64,000 bases of DNA from Diadema antillarum (Eukaryota), in NCBI RefSeq assembly GCF_040938485.1, contig NW_027271017.1, forward strand, positions 5,828,001 through 5,892,000. Reading direction: 5' to 3'. Position numbers and translations under genes: made by a program. Position 1 is the first letter of the stretch; each line of letters starts with the position of its first letter. The notes under the pieces are model-generated. The model saw only the letters and a program-made list of their open reading frames with translations, searched no databases and was not told the origin of the DNA. Below, in pieces: positions 10,119-40,040 of the stretch.

Positions 10119-13100
10119 GAAGTGGCACCAGGAAAATAATAAGGTTAAGCTTTTTTATCTTTTTCTTTCTCTCTTTTGCTTGTCAGCCAGTAAACCCAAC
10201 CCTGCAGCCAATACCCAAAGTGGCACCACAAAATTGTGATGAAGCCTTTTTGTTTTGTTTTGTTTTTTCAGCCAAAAGCTTCGATTTAATGATTATATGT
10301 TTTCAAGGCATTTTCTTCTCTCTCTCTCTTTTTTTTAACAAGGTTTCACGTTGTACACACTAACTAACTTTTCATTTTGGTCAATTTAGTATGCTTTTTA
10401 TTAACTGACATTACAAGGATATTCTATTTATTAATGTTATGATTTAGCTTTATCATGCAGAGTTATTAATGTTTGCTACTACAGGACACATGTGTATTAT
10501 AATAAATGGCATATATGTTCACAGTAGTCTTATTTTGATGCTTATTATTCTGAAGTGTAATGATCTCATTTGTATATGATTTACACAGTGTATCTGTATC
10601 ATTTTGCAAGTGTATACGATGTCACAAACGTTAGTAATTTTTTTTTTCAGTGAGTGTATTTTTTTACATCATGTATAAAGCAAGGAGGTCGCCTAGTACC
10701 TCCTTGGTATAAAGTAAGTTTAATTTCATTCAACCCATGTGCAATATGGTATGACTTGAGAGGAACAGGTGTGCCAGCATGTGTATTAATGCATGTAAGA
10801 GTGTGTATATGCATATTCTTTAAATATAAATTTGTGTGTGCATGTGTGTGTGTGTGTGTATTTGTGAATGCAAGTTGGTGAGCTCTTTATAGTTCAAAAC
10901 AAATGTATAATCTCCAATGTATGAATTTCTGATTGTTGTGAAATTTATGAGCACTAAAGGTAAACTTGTGTACAATTTAACCTCTGGTTTCCACTCATGA
11001 TTTGAATAAAGACCCTGTATATCTTATCTTATCTAATATGGCCGAAATTCCCACAATATAGGTTCCTATCTCCTTCATTTAAATTATGTATATCATTTTT
11101 CTATATGAAAATGAATCTACAGGTTTTTTTTTTTTTTTTCAATTAGCATGAACAATAATAAAACAACAAAACTGCACATATGCACTAGCACCCTAACTCA
11201 CCTTTGCACCAATGCATTTTGTAGTTACCCTACTCGGTTACACAATGTAATATGTATTAAATGATTTGTAAAGAAGTACAAGCCATATGCTTTTCCAGTA
11301 GAAACCATCAAACTTAAGCTTCAGCTTAAGATGACGGTCTCTTGCATTTTTGTATGTATTAATTTGATTGAATAATCAATGATTTTCCAGTTGTTTTTGT
11401 ATGATTACAATTCACCTGTGTAATATTTCATTATTGGTACATTATACATGATTAGTTATATTCATTTTGTGTTGAATATAGTGTGATTAGTATTGGAGAA
11501 TTGTTTGTTACGTTGTATAAACTTTGTGAAAAATGCAGAAATATATCATATCAAATCAAATCAAATCAAATGATGAAAATTTGGAAAGATTTGATGATTT
11601 TAATTTCCAGGATGCCGAGTCCCAATCTTGGTTATGCATATCTTGCACCTCTGAGGGTCTGACATATCCAAAATGGCCTTTACAGAATTGAAAATTCAAT
11701 ATATGGCGTAAGTATTTCATTATAAATTGTAAAACAATTTGAAAATGATATGAAAGGCTTACCCTATTTTGAGATGCTGAATCAGAAGCAGTTGAAGCGG
11801 ATGAAGCAGCTCTTGCATCCTTGAGGGTTTTGAGATATCTGAGATGGCTGCCAAAAATTGTCTTTCTCAATGCTGAATAAATTGAAAGAGAAAATGATAC
11901 AAATCCAAGTCTGGTTGATGCAACTCTTGCATCCTTCAGGGTTTTGAGGAATTTTAAAGACTGTTATTGTCCATTTTGACAGCCATCTTGAACATGTCAT
12001 ACCTGTCAAGGATGCAAGAGTTGAATCAACAAAATTTGGATTCAGTACTGTCAAAAAAGGGTAAAACAATCAATCTATTTCCACTTTTTCACCATATATA
12101 AAGAAATACTTATACAGTGTTGCAGTTTCGTAATTTTTGGTGGCCATTTTGGATATCTCAAAACCCTCAGCGATGCAAAATTTACCTCATCAAGCTTTGG
12201 ATTCAGCACTCTTGAATTAGGTCTTAATCATAAAATATTTCCAAGTTGTGGTGGTGCCCATTGGGTGGACACTTTACATAGTGTGGGGCCAAAATATCAC
12301 AAATTAATAGCTAATTTCAATGTAAGCTTTAATTTATATTTAAATTTGTTTTTTTCCTTGAAAACTGATGACTGGATTTTTACCAAACTTGGCAGGAATT
12401 ATAAAAGGAGGAAAGAGAGTGGCCATAACTTCCTGTACAAATGGAGAGTGGTGGTCCCCCAGGGGGTCCCTAGGGTGGGGTACTTGCCACAAAGACTAAA
12501 TATAGGGCCTACTGCTCATATGAGCGCTGTTGATAGACCCATGAGTCTTAATTTTGCTGTTGTTTTACCCCCATAGATCTGACTTTGTACTACCTCAATG
12601 AAGTAATACAGATGTAGGCACGTCTGATGTACTCTCAAATTCAAACTGTACTATCCAAAGAAAAGCGTATAGGGCCTACCTTAATACACTAGTCTGAAAT
12701 ATTTAACTCAAATGTTCTTCAGCCTATTTCGCCCTATGTCTGAATAGTGCATTGTGTAGTAAAGACAGCATTAGGCAAATGTGTTTCTTTAAGAGTTGTC
12801 AAGCTATTTATGATCAATGTTTGAATTTTTATGGAGCCCTGTTACAAATTCACATGTCATGTGTCTGTAAGGCACCAATGAACAAAACTTGGCCAAGTAA
12901 AATAAAACCTTATTCACAAAGACACATGTTAAACAGCTGTAATGCCAGTTTGTGAGTGCATACCAGTAATTGATAAATGTGCTTTATTACATGTTCCTTG
13001 TGTCATAGTCCTTTTCAAAGGATTTGCATAGGAAGGTACAATTGTACAATGCATTAATTATCAACTGATCGTTTTGGAGGTTCCTCAAAACAAGTTCACG

Positions 13101-13432
13101 GCTAAATGCAAAAATGGTGTGCAATAAAACACAAAGACTATAACAATGCATAATTTTCATACTATGATACTCCCCGCTTATCTCTTGTTTTGCTATGGAC
13201 AAACCTAAAATACAGGTGTACTTTCTATGACTTCTAATTTATATTCTCTGTTCTTGCATAATCATGTTAACTCAAATACCTTCAAAAGACTGAGGCCATT
13301 ACAAAAACAAATGCCTTGTGATACTCGTCAGCCATATTATGACCTTCAACATTACACCAATATCATGATTATTGTACTACCTACTCATAAAAAAAATTAA
13401 TGCAAGTCCACATTCAGTCGCTGACGAGCATA

Positions 13433-13618
13433 ACAGTGGACTCCCATTATAACGAAGTACTCGGGACCGGCAGTTTCCTTTCGTTATATTGAAATTTCAT
13501 AATAACTGAACAAATAAACAATAAAAAAACATAGAGCCGACAATTTTGCGACCTAGATTTTTATTTCTTTGTAACCGGAATTTCGTCATAACCGTTGTCC
13601 TTATAACGGGAGTGGATT
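13433..13618. mobile_element. Degenerate Tc1/pogo-type MITE
   Basis: Left end ACAGTGGACTCCCATTATAACG pairs with right-end CTTATAACGGGAGTGGA. Confidence 0.5.
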
Positions 13619-15095
13619 TTATGAAATATAATTATAGGCCCTGTGAATTGTGGATTCAATATAAATATTACAGCTTTGTGACGTCCAATACACTGCAAGA
13701 TAAAATGAAATTTGAACTGAGTGGTGGCATTCATGAGCTTTTTGATATCATCTGTAAGGAGTTTATCATAATATTTGAATGTGTTCATGCTGATTCATGT
13801 AAAATGTCCGCAATTCAGCCTGTGGGCTACAATGGACATTATCCATTGAATACCTTTCAATAATAGAAATGTATTTCAACTCATGTTCACTTTCTTTTCA
13901 CAAGGCATTCACATAATGCAAGCAAGAATGTCATGATCAAAGAGGGCAAATAACATGCAATGTACATGTATTTGTGCATGACAAGACATTGCTCCTGAAA
14001 TAAAGAATTGCTCCATTCTGTTTTTTTTTTTTTTCTCTGAGAACTTAGGATTAGGGTTAGGGTTTAAATTAAGTTTGCTGTCAGGATTAGGTTTAGGGTT
14101 CTAGTTTATGTTTGTGGGTAGAAATCATATTTGGCTTACAAAGGCAAGCTAATTACATTTGATAAAATGTAATACAGTAAACTGATATCATATCTTTTAG
14201 CAGTATACCAAGAGAAGATCAAACTGACCTATCAAATTAAGAGGTCAAGACTAAATCATTCAGTTTCAGGATGTTCTCTAAGAGTAAGAGGATGCCATTT
14301 AACACAAAGTTAGGTAAATGTACTAAAAAACAAACAAACAAACAAAAAATTCTATTTTCATCAGACAATATTCCTTCCAGAAGAAAGAACAGATCTGACA
14401 AAACAAACAGGCGATCTGCAGGTCATGAATGTCACTGAATAACAAAGACATGGCGAGACATATCAAACTAGAAATAATGTTATCCAGTGTACTCAAATAA
14501 AAATTTTGCATTGCTGTCAGAATGGTGTAATGAGGCTTGGTCTAGTCATATTTCTCTAACCAAAAAACTGTGACTCAAACCAACATTGTACCGAGATTTA
14601 ACAGGAAATACATGGGCCATTAATCACACACAACAACAATTGATAATCAGTTCTTCTGAGTACAGGTCTTTACACCTTATCTCTTTGTGCAGAGTGTAGG
14701 ACTCCTGCCATCTTTTATAAAAACAGTGCTGAACAGACCTATTGTTCACACTATGTTCACATACTTTCTTCACAACTTCTTGCAACATCAAGTTAAAAGA
14801 TCTAATTTTTGCTATCAAATGTGCTGGTTCAATCAGTCATTTCAGCCAAGATCTACCATTATGTTTCGTAAAACTACATACATATCTTGGCAAGCAGATG
14901 CGCAGTCGTTTCCAAGCTTGAATATTTCACATGTCTTTCATCAACATCTAATACATGTTTTCATCCACATTTACACAGTGCAAATGAAGTTATTGTCAGC
15001 AGCACACTGCAAAGTACCAGTTTTCAATTTCATATCCTACCATGAAATTGTATGCTTTGTTTTGAGATGACACCAGATGAAAAGTAGGTGAAGAA

Positions 15096-17257
15096 TCACC
15101 TCTCAAATCCATGAAGATGATTAAAGTCACTTGGAAGCTTAAAGTTGTAGGGATTCACAAAGAATGGCCATTTGTTTGCCTTAAACGATGTCAAGTTGAA
15201 AAGATGTTGCAGGATGCCTTTCTTCTCGGCCACTCTCACATCCTGCAGAGAGAACTTTGTCAACTTGTTGGTGAGCAGCATCGACTGCGTCACTGCCAGA
15301 TAGGTCTCCCTAGCTTCATTGTGGTAGAGCTTGAGCACCAGTCTCTTCGACAGCATCCTGAGGCACGTCGGCAGCCCGATCACTGCCATGGTCACTGCGA
15401 GCAGGTTGGTGATTATTTCCTTGTTCACTGCCTCGCATTCCCACGCTGTCGCGATGAAGTCGGGCGCGACGTACAATCCAAAGGCCGTGGTGGCATAGAA
15501 TGAGAGCGAGACGAACCGCAGTACCGTCTGGCCCCGGACTTCGTAGATCAGCCTATTGCCATCATGCTTTTGCACTCCTTTTGAGTGAGCATTGCCAAGG
15601 TAGGCCTGAGACACTCGTTCCACATCCCTGTCATGACCCATGACACTCCGTGTTGTCGCTATGTGACGTATCCATGAATTGGATGGAAGACAATGCCAGT
15701 GCTTTGCAGCCTATCAAGAAGACAAAAGGGGGGGAAAAAATATCGGAACAATGACAACAAAAAGTCTGAATGTTAGTTTTATATTTCTGTATGAATGTAG
15801 TTTATAAAATGTACGGCTACACCAAAAGGCAGCATAATGGAAGTCTACAATTCCAGTGAATTTTCTATTCAAGGAATTTAACACTTGTAATGCTAAACCC
15901 TCATCAAGTCTATTTTTCAAATAAATCAATATAAAAATCCATGGATGTCCATTTCAAAGTGGTAAATCTTTTTCTGAAATCTACCTGAAAAGCACATGGT
16001 ACGTGGTTCATTTTATGCAAACTTAGAGCCATATTTTGTGAACAAACTTAAATTTCTACAAAGGATGACTACAGCGCACATGTGTTTAGTACACTGTACA
16101 TGGAGTTGGCCTACTACAGAATTGCAGCAAGAGCAGACACGGTCTATATGAGATCTCCCCCAATACTGTAGATTTTGCCAGTGCCTCTGATTGTCATAAT
16201 GTACATCTTGTATTTCATCACATTATTTATATCAATTAAAACCATTTCTCAGTTTCTAACTCATCACTGAAGAGGACTATTTCGAGGAACAAATTAAGAA
16301 GATTTGTTTACACGTTGTTTACACTGATTCAGTGATACTGTACCCCTTCCAGCAGCAGCTCTACCACCATCCCCTTGCTTTATCGCTGTAACACACGGGC
16401 TACTAGATACCCGACATTCAATTTGAGTACTGGCAGTAATGATGAGAAAGTCTCATTTCAAGAGAAAATAGTTTGCTTTTGTTTTCTCTCACTTGCAATA
16501 AATCTCATTTTCAATAAATTACCACTAAAGAGTCCATAGGAGTTTTTCATCAATTTTTTTTTATTTACTTTTTTTAGTTTACAGCTCTCCTCCGTATAAA
16601 CAGTGAAGCCAGACCACTCGCAGTCTCTGCGGATCTTATCCCCAACAAGAGATAGACCGATCTTTCACTTCAGTCAACTTCTGACGGTCCGCAGTAAAGT
16701 TCTGTCCGCAGTAAAGTAAAATATCTTTATTGAAACTTTTCAAATATTCAACAACACACAAAAAAGGCACAACCACCACTACACTAGTACTGCACCACAT
16801 TGTTGAATTTCAATTCTAAAAATGTGTTCGTAACTATATACACAGCCCAGTCGCTGTAGGTAGCGACACAGCGCACTACTACTATACAGCGTCTGGTCGG
16901 GCTACCGTGTGTTTAGTTGCTAGTTGCACAAATTAAGGCTGGGCTGAATCACAGGAATTTAATTATGAACTGATGTCACCAAGGTCCTTTAGCAAGGAAG
17001 TAGGGTTCTTTTTTTTTTCGTAGACGACAGTTTACGATGAATTGAACTACAGAGCCACAAACCTTTTTCTCGTTTTCCAGAGGGGCACGGGAGGAGAGCT
17101 TCGAACAGCAGCTGCGGCACAAACTGCTGGCGGTCCAGACGGGAGAGTTGTGGGGCAGAAGCGCACTACCACCATGGCCATAAGCACGCGATGGGAATTT
17201 TGTTAAAAACATGACATGTCTAGCCAAATGCCGTTGTGCTATGAGCACAGTCCTCAT
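15096..17257 (-). CDS. TMEM70: Transmembrane protein 70 (mitochondrial ATP synthase/complex I assembly factor), 269 aa
   Basis: Exon 1 17257-17063 (Arg/Ser/Leu-rich presequence-like N-terminus, donor AAG|gtttgt) joins exon 2 15710-15096 (acceptor tcttcttgatag, TGA stop) in phase 0; 810 nt. Motifs DGNRLIY, LVLKLYHNEARETYLAVT and FVNPYNF..PSDFNHLHGF match the remembered TMEM70 motifs DGRLIY, YVIRLYHEATTDTYKAIT and LVNPVLF..REDYIHLMGY. Confidence 0.9.
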
Positions 17258-17460
17258 ATTTACTTTGCTGTGAGTAAGAACGAGTGAGCTTTTATCGATT
17301 GGCAGAATTTGTTTCGTCTCTTCAGATCGCGAAGTTCAGAGAAGGCCAAAAAAAAAAAAAGGCAGTGAAGCTTTATTCGTTACACGGAGAACATGTGGAA
17401 GTGGATCACGCATCACGCCCTCTACCGACGGAAGAAGTAGCAGGTTGAGCCGGAACATTG
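17258..17460 (-). promoter_or_regulatory. TMEM70 5'UTR/promoter
   Basis: CpG-containing stretch directly upstream of the ATG; TSS not resolved. Confidence 0.4.
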
Positions 17461-18047
17461 CTAAATTTTTCGTACGCTCGAATCTATTTCTTTTTTTTTA
17501 ATGAAAAGTACACATTCCCTCGACTTGTTACTGACATATGTTCAGTGCGATATTATTCCTCCTCTTTTCGAAAAGAGATATGTCAAGTGCTCTTCTATTA
17601 TGCAAGAAGAGTGCGTGAAAATATGATGAAATTTCTTTTGACCTTCATTTTCTTTGTATCGTTTTCCACTATGTATGACTTCGCAAAATATTGCAGTCTT
17701 ATCCAGTGTGATAGCGATACATAAATTCTGAAAATTCATAGCTACTCAACCGATTGTCGGATTTTCCTAAAATGTCCACTGATGTGTTCTACTAATGTTG
17801 CAGCATTCACTCATTCGACATAATTGGGTTTTATTCCCATGCTGTAAGACAGCTGCAGTTCTTCCCATTGGTAGTGTAGATGAAACAAGTTAGACATCTT
17901 TTTGTGCTTGACGACTTATTGATTGACACAAGGTCTTTTTCATTTAAAGTTTCATTGCAGATAAACTGGTCTCTGAATTCACATTAGAAAAGAACTGTGA
18001 CATCACTCTTGCTGTTGGCACTCTGGCAAACTTTGCCTTCTTTCCTC

Positions 18048-18220
18048 NNNNNNNNNNNNNNNNNNNNNNNNNNNNNNNNNNNNNNNNNNNNNNNNNNNNN
18101 NNNNNNNNNNNNNNNNNNNNNNNNNNNNNNNNNNNNNNNNNNNNNNNNNNNNNNNNNNNNNNNNNNNNNNNNNNNNNNNNNNNNNNNNNNNNNNNNNNNN
18201 NNNNNNNNNNNNNNNNNNNN
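18048..18220. other. Assembly gap (173 N) next to a (CA)n microsatellite
   Basis: N run seen directly; CA repeat at about 18234-18257. Confidence 0.99.
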
Positions 18221-20101
18221 TAAAGAACACATTAACACACACACACACACACACACAGATATACAGTCAACCTCGCGTAAATCCACCTCGCACATGTCCA
18301 AAAATTGGCTAAGGATCAAAGAAAATTTTACCAGGATGGTCTTTGATATAAACATGTGTTCATTCTTTTGTGTCAAAGGATTTTCTCTAGTTCTTTTGAA
18401 TGCAACCTGGGCAAAGATAACTATAAATACACAAATCTTGCATTCCAGACACTTCCTCCAAACCTGGTTATACTGTGTGAATCCTTTCAATCCATGTACC
18501 TTCAAAAAGTTCTTCACAATTCTCTTTTTCGTTTTCCCCACAGAGAGGGAGTATATCAGTACCCCTGACATCCAACGATTACTCTTCTTGTAACTGTAAC
18601 TACAGTACACTGAAGAAATCATGACACCATTTTTAGGTTAAATGTGATCAAAGTTTCAGAAGAATTATACAATGCATTCTCTTTAATTTCCTTCCTTGCA
18701 CTGAAACAACTCTATACACAAGGAATAGCAGAGAATAAGTTTTTCTGTTCAAAACACTGGTCCTCTGCATTACATTTCTTTCTATCAAAAACGAAAAAAT
18801 GATAGATGATCGATTTCAAAATTAACAAATGAAATCACAGCCATTCTTTTTGTTGCTGCTTAGTGAAGTATCATGTGCTAAGAAACTGTTGCCTTTTACT
18901 TGTTACATGTGCAGTTAACCCCCCCCCCCCCCTAGCAAACTTTCAGAGCACATAGATACGCCATGGCATAACTCAATGCTACATTCCTCTGAATTGGCCC
19001 TTTTTACATCTCAGCACGAAAGGGAAAACTTCTGGTGCATGCAAGATGCTTATGCAGCAAAGCAGCTCTGGACTGACCATTCATTCTCTGACAAATTACA
19101 ATCATCCATCTCTGTTTTGTGATGGGAGAAATAAAAATATATTGAAACTCTTTCCCAATGGGAGAATGACTGACACTTCATTTGTTCTACAACAAAATAG
19201 AGCACTAGACATTGTCACTGTATCGATACAAACACGTTTCTTTGCTTATGAGCTATCTACATTTAGGTATATATCATATACAAATACATGAGAAATATTA
19301 AAACATCAATCTTATAATACAAATCAGAGCATCCACTGGTTACCTTCAGGAAGTGAAATATCATTTCATGGGCTGCATGTACAAATAGAAGCTAACTACA
19401 TGAAGTAAGATCATAGTTTTGACATTGAAAGGCTTGATGATATTTTCAATACAAAAGGTAACCATCTACACTTAAACTCTGTTGGCTACGACGGCAAGTT
19501 CAAAACTAATCCTGATGCCTTGCCCTTGTCTCCTTATCAAATGAGGGTGTCATCACTGCGCTATTGCATTAGCTTATTCTTTCATTTCTAGATGGATAGG
19601 CAAACAAAGTCCCCATTATGCCATTGAAAATAAGACAAAATGGTCTCATAGTGAAAATGTGTTGATAACAAATGTGTGTTTTCACCAGATGTTCAGCCCC
19701 CCCCCCCCCCCTTCTTGAAGTTGACAGCACGCACCGTGCCCATTTATTTGAGGAAAACAAGACAATTGATATGTGAAGATCTGCAACATTAGATATCAGC
19801 TAAAGTTAGCATGAATGAAAATTTTCTCATAGTATTAGAAGACACAGTCAATAGCCAGTATCAAGTTATAGCATCAAAACTTTCTGTAAAAAATTTGCTT
19901 CTATAAGTGAAATCACAATTTCTTCACAAAACAAGCCTGTGGAACACTTTTAAGATTACTTTTGCATGAAGATCACTATCAATGAATCTCGTCTCTCATT
20001 ATCTCAAGATACCTTGATAATGTCCTCAGCAGCTTTGGTGTAAAGTCATCAAAAAGGAAATATAGCAAGAATCAAAACTATTTTGAAACAACAAACTGTG
20101 A

Positions 20102-20533
20102 GGTTGCGTTCACATAGAAGTATACTATTCGGGTATTCGGTGCTCGTTTTCGAGGGCACGCGAATAGCTTGAATCGAACGATAGGATTTCCTAACACCGG
20201 TTCACATAAGAGGGCACTATTCGAAAGTACCGAATAGCTGCGAATAGTATAGCATAGTGGGAATCGAGCTTGTTCGATTTTCTTGCAGCGTATACCGTCT
20301 CTCGTTTATGAAATAATGACAATTTTGGTCTGGATTTGCCCTTTAGCAAAAATAAGCATGTAGACTGACATTCTGATGCATTTTAGAAATTGTTAATAAG
20401 ATTGCTGGGATGTAGAAGGAAGAAATCCTCACTGCATGGGATGGGGAGTTGATTGTGCGGGTGATGGTGTACTAGGCGCCCGAATAGCGAATAGCGAATA
20501 GCGAATACTGTATACTTCTATGTGAACGCAGCC
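20102..20533. mobile_element. PIF/Harbinger-like MITE
   Basis: 24-bp terminal inverted repeats GGTTGCGTTCACATAGAAGTATAC and GTATACTTCTATGTGAACGCAGCC; flanks TGA and TTA; internal (GCGAATA)n subrepeats. Confidence 0.8.
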
Positions 20534-20987
20534 TTAGGAGTATGTTGTTGTTTTTCACATGCAACAACAACAAAAATTTACATATTACTGTGTTCCTGCG
20601 GTGCATGGTTCTTTCCACCTTGTCATTTAAGAATAGGTGGATAGACAAAAAGATCAGAAATGCTGATTAGGAAGAAATGTAAGGTCTATACAAATGAATT
20701 AAGAAATCACTACGTCTTTATTGGATTTTTTTGTTTTGTTTTGCGACTGGTTACTCTATGTGTACTTGTTGCTCACTATGCACTGTACATGGAAACTGTT
20801 GCTAATGCTTGAACTCAAGGATACACTCATTTCTCCAATGATATGCACATGATTTCTTCAAACGCATCAAAGATGAGTTACTACTAATTCAGTAAGACAT
20901 GGATGTATATCGTAGGTCCGTATCGCACGTGTCAAGTGCATGCCACGTATTTCGGATTTCATCACGCCATTCCAAGCCACAGAGTGT

Positions 20988-21019
<32 letters not shown>

Positions 21020-21693
21020 AGGGGATGTTTCATAGATTGGTCTGAAAGGTAAACTTTTGTTTACTATTTCAAAACTTACTACTAGAAAAAAAATCTTATT
21101 CCAACCATAAACATTCATTAAGGGAAAAGAGACATAAGAAATGCTCACTGAGGAAATCATGACTCCATTACTCCGATTTGTCCTTGATGGGGTAAGTTTG
21201 TAATACGTATGTATACACTTGGAAGTCATTATCTGATAAAGCCTTTATAATCAATATATACTGTAAATACATACTAAAAACAGTAAGCATTCTTAAATTA
21301 AACAGAGTTAAAGATTCTGTAATCAATATGACTGAAAAAGCAAGAACTGGGATCGTGTCTGTCCATTTCCAATAGATTATTTTGACAAGCATTTTATAAC
21401 ATGTGAGTACCATCTTTACATGTTTTTCTAACAAAATCTTCATTGGTATAGTCCTTTTGAGACACAATATCCTATTTGCAGCTTGAAAAGAAAAAAGAAA
21501 AGTATACTACTAGTAGGATGGATAGATGGATCAATTGCAGTTTCATTTCTACTTTTGACAGAGCGTCAACACTTTGTCAGACTAACATATTAATGTTTTT
21601 ATCTCCAGTATACACTGCATCCATCTCTCTCTCTCCATCTTCTTCTCTTCTGCTTTATGCTACAAGTTGTGCACAATCGGACTACTTCCTAAC

Positions 21694-37030
<15,337 letters not shown>

Positions 37031-37750
37031 CGTGCTGGTTTGAAGGTGACCTCACTTGCTTTACTATCTGCCCTTGCCTGTAGAATGAAGGGTGTCAGCT
37101 CAAACGTCCCAACCACAAAAACAAATGTTTTTATCTTAAGACTTTATAGGTTCTATACACACACCGGCGGCGCAACTGCATGGAGAACTGCGGACTATCC
37201 CCTCAATGCAATGCCTCATTGAGTCAGTCACACGCAAATTCGTCAGACACGTTCCAACTTTACACCAGACATCAACTAAGCTCACAATTTTTTCGTAGAC
37301 AGCGATGATAGGCACGATGATAAAGTTAAAATATGAGATATAGGACCATACGTACATACACCAGGATTCTAGATGACTCCCGGTGTCTTTTTAGATCGGG
37401 CGGAGAATGTACAGCGCGTACTGTTACCACTGTTATGCTGTGTATGTGTAGGCCCTATGATAAAGATTTCCGTATTGCCAGTCGCGTAATGTCGGCGCAC
37501 ATAATGAGTATGCAGCACCATACACATAACACTGACAACGATGACTCCATCGGTCAAAATAAAATTCACGACACATCCATACAGTACCGCTGAGGGCAGC
37601 AAACATCCCTGAGGGTGAGGCCAAAGAGATTTTTCTCCTATCACTGCGGAAAATCTATTTTGGGTGAGGCACACTACTTCGGTGGTGAGGCAGCGCTGGC
37701 CAGGGAGGTGAGTTCACCTCCCTGCGCTGACTAAGGAAAAACAAACATAT
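37031..37750 (-). promoter_or_regulatory. VPS4 5'UTR/promoter region
   Basis: CpG-enriched region upstream of the ATG at 37030; TSS not resolved. Confidence 0.45.
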
Positions 37751-39048
37751 CGAATATCTATAAAAGGAGAGGGTGCCTGGCGTTTTATGTCATTTTTAGG
37801 GGGCATATTTCTCCTCACATCTCACAGAAATATTCAGAAATGGGATAGGATCTGAAATTGGTTGACCAGAACGAAACAGATTAACATTGTCACATTTAAT
37901 ATATTATTTTCCATGTTTAGTCATAAAAGTTGAAAACATAAAACTCAACACATGCAAGCTTGAAACGTAATAGTATGGCAGGAAATGAGTATGGCAGAAC
38001 AATACAATTGCAAACGAGATCTATTCTATTCTATTGTTGTATTTAATGGGGACCTATCTATTGATAATTTTCCCCACAATGTGCGTATTCTTTATATAAA
38101 ATCATGAATTATTGTTAATGAGGATGGGTGGTTTGTTTGGTGAAATGAGGGATGTAGCGATATGTATTTAGTTCATGAATTCATAACAATCTAAATTGAT
38201 TTGTTCTATAGTATTTGTAGTGGTTTACATGTGGGTTTATATAACATTAATTGATAATATTGTATAATGATATACATGTACACTGTATATATAAATCTGC
38301 CGAGGCTCCCCGGCCCAAGTTCATATTATAAAGATATATACGTGGGTTTCGTCTTGTGTAATTATTGCGCATATCATATAAATTCGTAATAATTTATATA
38401 TAGTTTGCATTTTATAAATGCGTAATAATATAAATTCAAAACTCTGAATATTTCTGTGTTTATTTTATAAGGCACCAAAACTATCACTATATATAAGGGA
38501 CGCCTATATTATCCTACTGCTGCAGAATACAAACGAGAGAGAGAAAAACAATATTATAATATACTTTACCAACTGAAAACTAAGTGAATGTACAACGTAG
38601 TTGATAGAATATGGAAGGTGTATGACAACAGTCATTAAGGCTTCCTATGGGAAACCCAACTTTAAGTACTTTTATCATAATAGTTTGAGGAAACTCAATC
38701 ACTTTTGTCTATGAACCGACTAGGAGCTAAAAGTGTGTGTATTGTGTATATAAGGTTAAGGAGAAAAAGAAATGTCAGATCGACAGAGAGAGGGACGAAA
38801 ACCTGTTTTTCTTCTGAAGTACTTAGGAAGAATTTTTGTATCAGCATGACTACTTTGTAGAATATTACATTATTATGTATATGATGTACCATATGCGACA
38901 TGTAACATTATACCTGTCTCGAAAAAGACAAGATGAAAACAATTTTACTAGCTGTCTTTTTATTTCCCGCCCTTAAAGTGCATAATGACGCAATCAGTGA
39001 CAGTCATTGGTTACAAAAGAATTATTATTACTATTTTTCCTGTACGTT

Positions 39049-39237
39049 TCTGGGCCCTGTTTCATAAAGCTGTTCGTAAAGTTACGAACAACTTACGAGC
39101 GACTGGTGATCAGTTCTGATGTGCTACAGTATACTAAGTCTTATCGGAATTTCCATAATTCAGCACAAGAACTGATCACCAGTCGCTCGTAAGTTGTTCG
39201 TAACTTTACGAACAGCTTTATATGAAACACCCCCTGG
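39049..39237. mobile_element. Foldback MITE with ~70-bp arms
   Basis: TGTTTCATAAAGCTGTTCGTAAAGTTACGAACAACTTACGAGCGACTGGTGATCAGTTCT is inverted at 39170-39230; termini resemble 59928-60071. Confidence 0.85.
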
Positions 39238-39287
39238 TTTCTTCTAGATCTTCTTGTTCTTGTTCTTGTTCGTCGTCTTCTACTTCT

Positions 39288-40040
39288 ATTCTATTATTAT
39301 TATTATGATTATCATTGTCTCTATCTTCACAAGATATCTCTTGGAGATCAATATCACGTCAAGTTCCATCCTGCTGGAATCTTAGACTTCTAGTACTTTT
39401 CTCAGGATTCGCGCCGTCCCCAGCAATGCTGCTTTTTGGACTCGATCGGGCACACCGACATCGTCCACACACCTTCGTTTTCATAATCCACAGGCGGCGA
39501 AGTTCTCTGGCAAGGTCCTGATACTTTTCTATCTTTTCCTTCTCCTTCTAACTCTGCTGTACCGGGAACCGCGACATCGACAATGGTGCACCTCTGTCGA
39601 GCCCTTTCTACGGCGATGATATCCGGACGCCTATTATATGCTGGATGATATTGTCAGTTTGAACATCGAAATCCTGTGATCCTACAGGATTTTAACTTGG
39701 TCATTTTCGGAAACTTTTTGTGGTTCGTGCATATGCCATTTGCTTCCACATGGTATTTTATGCTTTCTGCAAAGCTCCCAGTGAACGACTTGTGCCAGTT
39801 TGTCATATATACTAAGTCGTCTTTTGTACTCTTTTTGGGCCAGAATACTACAGCCACATACGATATGTTGCACTGTCTCGTCTCTTTCTCGGCATCTATC
39901 CTGCATGCGGCATCCACATCTTTCTTCTGTACCTTGGCTTTTAGAGCATTCGTTGACAGTGCTTGCTCTTGGGCAGCGATGGTCAGTCCTTCTGTCTCCT
40001 TTTTCAGTTTTTTTTTTACTCGTATTATCATTCAGTCTTT
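39288..40040 (-). mobile_element. 5'-truncated, degraded non-LTR retrotransposon of the RLE type (R4/Dong/Rex6-like)
   Basis: Frameshifted peptides ETEGLTIAAQEQALSTN, CR.C..RDETVQHIVCGC (CCHC knuckle), AQVVHWELC, KIL*D..DFDVQTD..RRPDIIAV, IVDVAVPG, EKYQDLARELRRLW and QKAALLGTARILRKVLEV* (stop 39384-39382), then a short 3'UTR and an (AAT)n tail; (ATT/ATC)n microsatellite at the 5' junction. Confidence 0.85.

Noticed and set aside
8075-14100. TTAGGG/TTTAGGG-like runs at about 8075-8100 and 14045-14100
   Set aside because: Only 2-3 imperfect units; not a credible interstitial telomere.
17984-18622. 198-212 aa ORFs spanning the N gap
   Set aside because: Length is inflated by Ns and a CA microsatellite; no recognisable motif.
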